Shown here: piece after piece, positions 39,138 through 46,770 of the stretch
Numbering within the stretch: position 1 is the first letter of the stretch
Layout of the letters: every line of letters begins with the position of its first letter
Assembly: GCA_049451415.1 (NCBI GenBank)
Contig: JBMTVN010000001.1
Span: forward strand, 1 to 63,853
DNA: 63,853 bases
Direction of reading: 5' to 3'
Source of the DNA: Limisphaerales bacterium
GTDB taxonomy: Bacteria; Verrucomicrobiota; Verrucomicrobiia; Limisphaerales; JAHDYP01
Position numbers and translations under genes: made by a program
Notes under the pieces: model-generated
What the model was told of the DNA's origin: nothing
Database searches by the model: none
The model's input: the letters and a program-made list of their open reading frames with translations, nothing else

Positions 39138-39488
39138 TTAGCCCTGGTCAGGGTTCGCTTCAATCCTTTCCCCTGACTCGGAAACAAGGTCCACAACGGT
39201 CGCCCCCCACCCGCCCAAGGCACTTCCGGCAAGCTGAAAGGAGGCCACACCCGGGTTGCTCCTGAGCTCCCGGTGCACGATCTCCCGCAACTGGCCAATC
39301 CCCTTGCCATGGATAATCCGGATCCTCCTCATCCTCCGGCCCCGGCACTCATGCAGATACTCCCTTACCACGTCAGCCACATCCCGCGGGCGGAACGTGT
39401 GCAGGTCCAGTTCACCGGTGATGGGCATCAGGACAGTCTCAGGTGGAACCTCAGAATCACCACCAGGTTCTGGCACGGCTCTGGACAT
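39138..39488 (-). CDS. Stand-alone Smr-domain protein
   Basis: LDLHTFRPRDVADVVREYLHECRGRRMRRIRIIHGKGIGQLREIV is a classic Smr pattern (LDLHG-like, HGKG). The ATG at 39488 is preferred, because the track start at 39668 overlaps hppA. Confidence 0.8.
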   Translation of the reverse strand: MSRAVPEPGGDSEVPPETVLMPITGELDLHTFRPRDVADVVREYLHECRGRRMRRIRIIHGKGIGQLREIVHRELRSNPGVASFQLAGSALGGWGATVVDLVSESGERIEANPDQG

Positions 39489-39526
39489 GCCGTAATCTTG
39501 GCCGGAACAAGCCTGTGGTAAATGCC

Positions 39527-39556
39527 AAAAGCGGGCCGCGCTCACGCGCGACCCGC
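39527..39556 (-). terminator. Probable intrinsic terminator after hppA
   Basis: On the minus strand, an 11-bp GC-rich stem with one mismatch (39556-39546 pairs with 39541-39531) has a 4-nt loop. It is followed by TTTT. Confidence 0.55.
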
Positions 39557-39588
39557 TGGTCGCTTTCCCTGCAAGGAAGAGCCAAACA

Positions 39589-42108
39589 TCAATTGTCTTC
39601 CGGGATCCGCATCCCGTAGAAGGAGCGGTAGACGAAGATGAGCGCCACGATGAAAAAGAACCCACCAATGACAGTCTTCACGGGCTGATTGGTCATGGTC
39701 ACGGCGATCTCAACCGCCAGCAAACCAAAGAGCGTGGTGAACTTGATCACCGGGTTCAGTGCAACCGAAGAGGTGTCCTTGAAAGGATCACCCACGGTGT
39801 CGCCAACCACGGTGGCCGCATGCAAATCGGTGCCCTTCTGGCGCATGTCCACTTCGACGATCTTCTTGGCGTTGTCCCACGCCCCGCCGGCATTGGCCAT
39901 GAAAATGGCCTGGAATAAGCCGAAGAAGGCGATGGCAATCAGGTAGCCAATGAAGAAGTAGGGGTTAAAGAAAGGCAGCGCCAGCGACATGCAGAACACG
40001 ACAATGAAGATATTCCACATGCCCTTCTGGGCATATTCAGTGCAGATCCGGACGACTTCCTTGCTGTCCTTGTCAGAAGCTGTGGTAGCATCCAGCTTCA
40101 TGTGCTGCTTGATGTAGAGTACAGCCCGGTAGGCTCCCGTAACCACGGCCTGGGTGGAAGCCCCCGTGAACCAGTAAATCACCGCGCCCCCCATAAGCAG
40201 GCCGAGGATGATCTCAGGTTGCACGATGCTCAGCGCCTGCACGACAGGCTTGAAGGCCCCGGCAATGCCGGACGCCACCTGCTGCTCATACAGGCCCTGC
40301 AGCAGCATGATGATGCCGAAAACCATGGTGGTGGCCCCCACCACCGCCGTTCCGATAAGCACCGGCTTCGCGGTGGCCTTGAACGTATTGCCCGCACCAT
40401 CGCCCTTCTCCAGTTGATACTTCGCATTTTCGAAGTCCGGCTTGAACCCGAAGTCCCTCTGGATCTCCGATTCCACATTCTTCACAGCCTCGATCTGGCT
40501 CAGCTCATAAACCGATTGTGCGTTGTCCGTGACCGGACCGTAGCTGTCGACCGCGATGGTCACCGGGCCCATGCCCAGGAATCCGAAGGCCACCAGACCG
40601 AACGCAAAGATCGGTGCCGCAAAGGCAAACTTCGCGGGCATGATGGATAGGAGGGCAGGATTCTGGGAGAAGTGATAGGAGGTGAACATGAGGAGCATGA
40701 TCACCAGGCCCATCCAGAACGCGGAGAAATTCCCGGCCACAAAACCTGAGAGAATGTTCAGCGAGGCTCCGCCATGCTTGGAGCAGTTGGTGACCTCCTT
40801 CACATGCTTCGAGTTCGTGCTGGTGAAGATCTTGGTAAACTCCGGAATAAGCGCACCAGCAACCGTGCCGCAACTGATGATGACCGATAGCACCCACCAA
40901 AGCGCAGGCTGGGACGCGCCCGACACATCCTTGAAGTCGCCGAGGAGCAGTTTGCTGGCAACGAACGTGATCCCGATCGAGACCGCAGAGGTAATCCACA
41001 CCAAATGGGTCAACGGAGCTTCAAAATCAAAGTCCTTCTTGTCGCCAAACATGGCTTTGCTGATGCCCTCGTTGAGGAAATAGGACACGAGTGAAGTCAC
41101 GATCATCAGTGCGCGCATGACGAAGAGCCACACAATCAGGGTGGCGCAAATGGCCGGGTTGGCTACCAAAGCCAGCGCGAGGAACGCAATCAAGGCCACG
41201 CCCGTGACACCATAGGTCTCGAAACCGTCGGCGGTGGGCCCCACCGAGTCACCAGCATTGTCACCCGTGCAATCCGCAATCACACCCGGGTTTTTGGGGT
41301 CGTCCTCGGGCAGCTTGAACACGATCTTCATCAGGTCAGAACCGATATCGGCGATCTTGGTGAAAATGCCGCCGCAAATGCGCAGGACCGACGCCCCCAA
41401 GGATTCGCCAATGGCAAAACCAATGAAACAGGGACCCACGAGATCGCGCGGAAGGAACATCAGGATGCAGATCATGAAGAAGAGTTCCACGCAGACCAGC
41501 AGGAGCCCGACGCTCATCCCTGACCGAAGGGGGATACCCAGGGTTGCAAAGGGGTTGCCGCGAAGTGCAGAGAAGGCGGCGCGTGAGTTCGAAATCGTAT
41601 TGATACGGATACCAAACCAAGCAACACCGTAGGATCCGAGAATACCCAGAACGGAAGCCAGGAGGATGACAACTACGTTGAAGACCACCTTGCCGGTAGC
41701 CAGGTGAGCTCCGGTCACGGGATCCTTGTGCTCAGTCAGGAACCCAAAATAATAGACCATGCACGCAGCAATAAGTAACCACAGGATCGCCAGGAACTTG
41801 CCTTGCGTGAACAGGTAGGTCTTGCAGGTCTCCCAGATCGTGTTGGACACCTTCGCCATGCTGGGATGCACCGGCAACGCCTTGGTTTGTTTGTACTGAA
41901 CCACGCCGAATGCAGCGCCAACGGCGCAAAGCAATATCCCCAAATACATCAACGCGGTGCCACTGATACCACCAAGGCCATCAAAGCGGACTTGCGTCAG
42001 GTCAGGGATTTTGATGTCGGCTTCGCTGCCGAGCGCGGTGGCGGTTCCGAAAGCAATCAGGCAGATAGCTGCCTGAAGCCCAAGTTTCCTTATGTTCATA
42101 TGTCTCAA
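39589..42108 (-). CDS. hppA: Membrane-integral proton-pumping pyrophosphatase, predicted K+-independent
   Basis: 839 aa and polytopic. Conserved motifs: DCTGDNAGDSVGPTADGFETY and DTVGDPFKDTS. GNTFKATAKP has Lys at the position that distinguishes K+-independent (GNTTKA) from K+-dependent (GNTTAA) enzymes. Confidence 0.92.
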   Translation of the reverse strand: MRHMNIRKLGLQAAICLIAFGTATALGSEADIKIPDLTQVRFDGLGGISGTALMYLGILLCAVGAAFGVVQYKQTKALPVHPSMAKVSNTIWETCKTYLFTQGKFLAILWLLIAACMVYYFGFLTEHKDPVTGAHLATGKVVFNVVVILLASVLGILGSYGVAWFGIRINTISNSRAAFSALRGNPFATLGIPLRSGMSVGLLLVCVELFFMICILMFLPRDLVGPCFIGFAIGESLGASVLRICGGIFTKIADIGSDLMKIVFKLPEDDPKNPGVIADCTGDNAGDSVGPTADGFETYGVTGVALIAFLALALVANPAICATLIVWLFVMRALMIVTSLVSYFLNEGISKAMFGDKKDFDFEAPLTHLVWITSAVSIGITFVASKLLLGDFKDVSGASQPALWWVLSVIISCGTVAGALIPEFTKIFTSTNSKHVKEVTNCSKHGGASLNILSGFVAGNFSAFWMGLVIMLLMFTSYHFSQNPALLSIMPAKFAFAAPIFAFGLVAFGFLGMGPVTIAVDSYGPVTDNAQSVYELSQIEAVKNVESEIQRDFGFKPDFENAKYQLEKGDGAGNTFKATAKPVLIGTAVVGATTMVFGIIMLLQGLYEQQVASGIAGAFKPVVQALSIVQPEIILGLLMGGAVIYWFTGASTQAVVTGAYRAVLYIKQHMKLDATTASDKDSKEVVRICTEYAQKGMWNIFIVVFCMSLALPFFNPYFFIGYLIAIAFFGLFQAIFMANAGGAWDNAKKIVEVDMRQKGTDLHAATVVGDTVGDPFKDTSSVALNPVIKFTTLFGLLAVEIAVTMTNQPVKTVIGGFFFIVALIFVYRSFYGMRIPEDN

Positions 42109-42378
42109 GAGATGGTTGGCCGAATGACGTCTTTGGTTAAAAAACCAATCTGACGTTAGCCAGTAACCGGGATGGGAAGAAGGGTGTCAAGAGCATTAAC
42201 CCCACAAAAAGCGTTGTATTTGAACAAGTTATGACTCATTTCAGCGCCCGTTAACCATTAGAAGTTAAGCAAAAAACAAAATATAGCTATTCACTAAAGT
42301 CACAACCCGGGGAGTCCGCAAAAAATGACTCCACTGGAAGAGGACTTCAATTGGCGCGAAAGAAGGCGCGGTCGGGGT

Positions 42379-42424
42379 AAAAAAAACCGGGTCTTGCAAC
42401 CAGAGGATGGCTGTCAAGACCCGG
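42379..42424 (-). terminator. Strong intrinsic terminator with no adjacent CDS (orphan)
   Basis: On the minus strand, CCGGGTCTTG (42424-42415) pairs with CAAGACCCGG (42396-42387). About 6 further bp can form inside the 18-nt loop. Eight U residues follow (42386-42379). Confidence 0.8.
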
Positions 42425-42681
42425 GGAATGGTCAGAATCAGTACAATAGTAGGATTTAGGGGATTTCCGGAACAGCGATGTACTGTCACCGCTCCGAAAG
42501 TCTTAAAATCTCTTAAAGAACAAACTCGGTAGCACCGAGGACTCGAGAAGGAACCACTGAACGACCCGGGAGTCAAGGGGCATGCGAAACTTTTTTAAAA
42601 AATTTCGAAAAAGCCCCTAAGCCGACCTGACCGAATGGTGCAGGAAGCAGTCGTGGGAGACCGATCCAGCGCCTCTGGCGG

Positions 42682-43563
42682 TTAACGCTCGTCCTTCCGG
42701 ACCGTGTGGTAACGCATCCGCTCGGCATCGGTTTGGTTAGGCCCAATCGTGATTCGGCCGAAATCCGCCAAGGTCACAGGCTGGAGTGTTTCAGGAGCAA
42801 TCCACTTCTTGATCTCAGAATGTCCATCAATGAACGCAAAGCCACAGTCCCCATTGTGATAACTCGCCGGAACATCTATCCATTAGGTGGAAGTAGGTGA
42901 AAACAGACCGGCATCATTGATACTGTCCGGATGCTCATCCACATAGATCCAGGCCTCGGATGGCGACGGATAGATCACCTCGGTCATTTTCATGACGTGC
43001 TTGTAAATCCCATCAAAAGGGCCGTCTTCAGCGTTGCCTGCGCCCACGCCAATGCTGCTGGAAACACTGCGAACCCGTTCGATCCAGCCAAGCGCTCTCT
43101 GTGTCGGGTGAACGTATTTGTCGGCCGCACACTTGTAGATGTTCTTGGTGTTACTGAAGTAGGTGGCCAATTTGGAATAGCGCGGGTCAATGAGGTAAAG
43201 GGTATTGGTGTTGTCCCTGCGTCCGTCCCTTGTGAGCCAACCCGCCACCCAGGGCCCGTCCGGATCATCCGCCGTGGGGTTTTGCGCCCGCCCCCCGTGG
43301 GTTGCGCCGGGAAACTGGTCATCATTATCACCGGCATACATGTGCGTCGCCAAACTCAGCTGCTTGGTGTAGTTCATACACAGAATACCCTGTGCCTTGG
43401 TTTTGGCTTTCGCCAAGGCAGGCAAAAGCATCCCGGCCAGGATGTCGATGATCGCGATCACCACGAGTAATTCAATCAGGGTAAACCCCGCACTACGACG
43501 CATGGGCTGGGAAGTTGGGAATGGTCCTCCTGGGGCATTCATGGTCGTGGTTCCGGCTCTCAC
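42682..43563 (-). pseudogene. H-X9-DG (DUF1559-type) prepilin-like protein interrupted by an in-frame TAA
   Basis: The track ORF 42883-43563 has a prepilin leader ([25 protein letters not shown]) and ends ...FSPTST*. The same frame continues after the TAA at 42883-42885 as WIDVPASYHNGDCGFAFIDGHSEIKKW... to a TAA at 42682-42684. This continuation contains the H-X9-DG signature. The total of 882 nt is divisible by 3. Confidence 0.75.
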
Positions 43564-43742
43564 CGACTAGCCTTGGCTGACCTCTGATAGCTACAAGTCA
43601 TCCATTGCGGCCAGCGAGTTAGGATGGCTAAAGATTAGCGATGGGTGGTTTTTTGGGGAAGCGAACATTCCATCGCAGGTCATCTTTCTGTGCAGGAGCC
43701 CAAGAAGGACTGCCTCTGCCTGGCATGCCTCCCGGACGCGGA

Positions 43743-44282
43743 TCACGGAGGAGACTGGAGATATGCCTTGGAAATGCTCACGTATTTCCGGGCCAGGCGC
43801 CTGATGCCAGCCTTTTCGGACCGCGTGAGTGCCCTGGCAACCCGGCCCGGCCGCCCAAGAACCAGGGCACCCTCCGGGACCTCCATTCCCATCGGAACCA
43901 ACGCACCGGCTCCAATAATGCAGTGCGGGCCTATCACGGCCCCATCCATTACCACCGCCCCCATGCCCACGAGCACTTCACTGTCCACACGACAAGCATG
44001 CACCACCGCCGAATGTCCAACTGTAACGTAATCGCCTAGCACACAGGGGTAAGCGTCAGCGAGGTGCAGGACCGCGTTATCCTGAATATTCGTGCACCGC
44101 CCGATACGGATGGCCTGGATGTCGGCACGAAGAACCGCATTAAACCAGACGCTGGATTCGTCGCCGATATCGACATCACCAACGATATGGGCGCCGGGAG
44201 CAACCCACACTCGACGACCCAAGCGAGGTTTTTGCCCGAGGTAACGCTTGAGCCGGGCGCTCAGAGTGATGGACTTTTTCAT
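43743..44282 (-). CDS. Gamma-carbonic-anhydrase-like / hexapeptide-repeat (LbH) protein
   Basis: VWVAPGAHIVGDVDIGDESSVWFNAVLRAD...IRIGRCTNIQDNAVLH...VTVGHSAVVHAC is a YrdA/PaaY-type pattern. The ATG at 44282 (MKKSITL) is preferred over the track start at 44375. Confidence 0.85.
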   Translation of the reverse strand: MKKSITLSARLKRYLGQKPRLGRRVWVAPGAHIVGDVDIGDESSVWFNAVLRADIQAIRIGRCTNIQDNAVLHLADAYPCVLGDYVTVGHSAVVHACRVDSEVLVGMGAVVMDGAVIGPHCIIGAGALVPMGMEVPEGALVLGRPGRVARALTRSEKAGIRRLARKYVSISKAYLQSPP

Positions 44283-44328
44283 TGGCAGAAGCTCGCCCCT
44301 ACAGCAGTTGAATGTTTGCGGGATGCAA

Positions 44329-44712
44329 TTACCGGGTGATTTTGCGCCACGAAAGGAGCTGCCCTGACGGATCAAAGGTCAGTCGGACCCAATACTCCCG
44401 ACCCGTGTTTCCGAAAGTGCCGTAGTGGAAGCCATAGGCCATGGTTCGGTAGCGTCCCGGATGAGCATATCCGGCGGCATACCCCCCATAAGGTTCAGGT
44501 TGACTGCGAAAAGTCAGCCACTCCGCTACTCGAGTCCCGTCACTGAGCTGGGCGTCCTTGTCCGGGGGACCGAGCTCAAGAACCGCCTCATCGAAAGTGT
44601 AGACTCCCAGCCGACTGTCCCAGTCGATCTTTCTGTTGGAGCAGCCAGCCGCCAGGACCAGGCTCAAGGCAAGGAGAGCCCATTGCGAAAAGATGGCTTT
44701 GATGAGGCGCAT
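44329..44712 (-). CDS. Small lipoprotein, unknown function
   Basis: 127 aa with signal peptide and lipobox (LVLAAGC). Confidence 0.6.
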   Translation of the reverse strand: MRLIKAIFSQWALLALSLVLAAGCSNRKIDWDSRLGVYTFDEAVLELGPPDKDAQLSDGTRVAEWLTFRSQPEPYGGYAAGYAHPGRYRTMAYGFHYGTFGNTGREYWVRLTFDPSGQLLSWRKITR

Positions 44713-44760
44713 GGCTGGACTATATCGAAGCTTTGGGAGAAATCCACGTTGACGAAAAAG

Positions 44761-46677
44761 ATGAAAGACGCGCGACGCACGAAAGCGACCGGGGACGACG
44801 GTTACCTGCTGGGGATCGAGGGAGGTGGAACGCGCACGGTCTTTATTTTGACGACAAGCGAGCTCGCTGAAGTAGCGCGCAAAGAGTCTGGCCCCGGAAA
44901 TATTCGCTTGCTGGCGGACTCCGAACTGGAAGCCCTCTTACGGCAGGCTCCGGATGACGGAAAACCGTTGCGAGCGATCGCCATCGGCCTGGCCGGCGCA
45001 AGAGAACCCGCTGACCGGGAGCGCATCTTGACTGCCGCAGCCAAGGTATGGCCCGGCACTCCTTGCCACGCAACGCACGACTTGGAAACAGCGCTGGCAG
45101 CCGCTGAGCTGCAGCAAAGTAGCGTCGGCTTAAAACCCAGACAGCTCACGACCACACGCGTGCTGGTTCTCAGCGGAACGGGCGCGTGTTGCTGGGGAAG
45201 GACTCCAGCAGGAAATGAACTGCGGGTCGGTGGCTGGGGACATTTGCTCGGCGATCGCGGCAGTGCCTATGCAGTGGCCCACGACGCGTTGCGCTGCAGC
45301 CTGGCATGGGCTGATCGCAGCGGAGTGTGGCCGGAGTTGGGAGCGCGGTTGCTTCGCTCAGCCGGGCTAGCAAAACCTGATGATCTCGTGGCCTGGATGC
45401 AGACAGCTGACAAGTCCACCGTTGCAGGATTGGCGGTGGAGGTGTTTGCGGCAGCGGCAAGCGGCGATCGTCTGGCGAAGTCTACGATTGCAGCAGCAGC
45501 AGACGCCCTCGCAGCGGACGCAATGGCATGTGCGCAAAGGCTGGGCTGCAGAGGCACCACAACGACCTTCGTGTTCGCAGGAAGCTGCCTGACCCGACAA
45601 CCGCTGTTTGCCAAGGCTGTGGCCAGCCGGATCAGGAAGCATTTAGGTGGAACAAGGATCATCCCCCTTCCGCGAGAAGGAGCCTGGGGAGCTGTGCTGC
45701 TGGCATCACGCCTCAAGCACGGAATAGCGACATGCCGTCGAAAGCCGGGCGCAATCACCATCACCCCATCACTCCCCGCCCTGCCCAATCTGCCCCTGAC
45801 CGCCCTGGTGCATTCGCCCACCGAGCAACGCAACCCCCGCTCCATACAACTGGACCGTCTCTCTATCCCCAAGGCCGTTGACCTGTTCCTGTCCGAGGAA
45901 CCCCGGGTTGTCTTGGGCCTGATCAAGGAGAAGGCAGCCATCGTGAAGGCTTGCCAGCTCATCCGGAAGCAACTCATCGCCGGAGGCCGACTCCTCTATA
46001 TCGGCGCAGGAACCAGTGGCCGTCTAGGCGTTTTGGATGCGAGTGAGTGTCCGCCCACCTTCTGCTCTCCACCGGAACTGGTGCAGGGGATCATCGCCGG
46101 GGGATACCGGGCCCTGGTCGAGGCAGTGGAGGGAGCGGAGGACGACGCAGAAGGCGGCGGCGCCGCTATCGTCGGGCGCGGGGTCAGCGCAAACGATGTA
46201 GTCGTGGGCGTTGCCGCGAGCGGAAGAACGCCCTTTGTCTGGGGTGCCCTGCAGGCCGCCCATGCTCAAGGCGCTGGAACAATCCTTGTCTGCTTTAATC
46301 CGAGGATGAAACAACTCCGCCACCCTTTCCCCAAGGTCCTGGTGGCAGCAGATGTAGGGCCGGAACTGTTGACCGGATCAACCCGGCTCAAGGCGGGCAC
46401 CGCCACGAAGCTCATCCTCAATATATTTAGCACCCTGGGAATGGTGAGCCTCGGAAAGGTCTACAGCAACTGGATGATCGACCTGAATCCCTCGAACACC
46501 AAACTCCGGGACCGGGCCAGACGGCTGCTCCAATCCATTGCGGGAGTGCAGTCAGACGAAGCCCAGCACCTCCTGGAGCAAAACGGATGGAAGATCCGCC
46601 CTGCCCTGAAACAGGCCGCCCCTAACCGGCGGAAGCAGGCGGTTTCCAGGCGTCAGGGGAAAGCCGGCAGACCCTGA
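44761..46677 (+). CDS. murQ: Fusion of a BadF/BadG/BcrA/BcrD-type sugar kinase (GlcNAc/MurNAc kinase-like) with N-acetylmuramic acid 6-phosphate etherase MurQ
   Basis: The N-terminal half has GYLLGIEGGGTRTV and VLSGTGACCWG (ASKHA kinase motifs). The C-terminal half has PTEQRNPRSIQLDRLS, LLYIGAGTSGRLGVLDASECPPTF and GSTRLKAGTATKLILN (the MurQ SIS domain). The ATG at 44761 gives 638 aa. The track ORF starts earlier, inside the antisense of the lipoprotein gene. Confidence 0.8.
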   Translation: MKDARRTKATGDDGYLLGIEGGGTRTVFILTTSELAEVARKESGPGNIRLLADSELEALLRQAPDDGKPLRAIAIGLAGAREPADRERILTAAAKVWPGTPCHATHDLETALAAAELQQSSVGLKPRQLTTTRVLVLSGTGACCWGRTPAGNELRVGGWGHLLGDRGSAYAVAHDALRCSLAWADRSGVWPELGARLLRSAGLAKPDDLVAWMQTADKSTVAGLAVEVFAAAASGDRLAKSTIAAAADALAADAMACAQRLGCRGTTTTFVFAGSCLTRQPLFAKAVASRIRKHLGGTRIIPLPREGAWGAVLLASRLKHGIATCRRKPGAITITPSLPALPNLPLTALVHSPTEQRNPRSIQLDRLSIPKAVDLFLSEEPRVVLGLIKEKAAIVKACQLIRKQLIAGGRLLYIGAGTSGRLGVLDASECPPTFCSPPELVQGIIAGGYRALVEAVEGAEDDAEGGGAAIVGRGVSANDVVVGVAASGRTPFVWGALQAAHAQGAGTILVCFNPRMKQLRHPFPKVLVAADVGPELLTGSTRLKAGTATKLILNIFSTLGMVSLGKVYSNWMIDLNPSNTKLRDRARRLLQSIAGVQSDEAQHLLEQNGWKIRPALKQAAPNRRKQAVSRRQGKAGRP

Positions 46678-46770
46678 AATGCGACTACTGGATGAACCGG
46701 CCGTCCCCCAAACCCGCAGTTTCCCCGTTTCCATCCCGCACCTTTCTCCGCTAAATTCCCCGCCCGAGAC

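Noticed and set aside
42265-42576. 103-aa minus-strand ORF in the AT-rich gap
   Set aside because: It runs through the strong intrinsic terminator at 42379-42424. Its composition is odd and it has no motifs or plausible start context.
42610-42665. AGGAAGCAG string reminiscent of the SRP (4.5S) RNA helix-8 core
   Set aside because: The flanking sequence does not reproduce the GGUCCGGAAGGAAGCAGCC context or a complementary 3' strand. It is probably coincidental.
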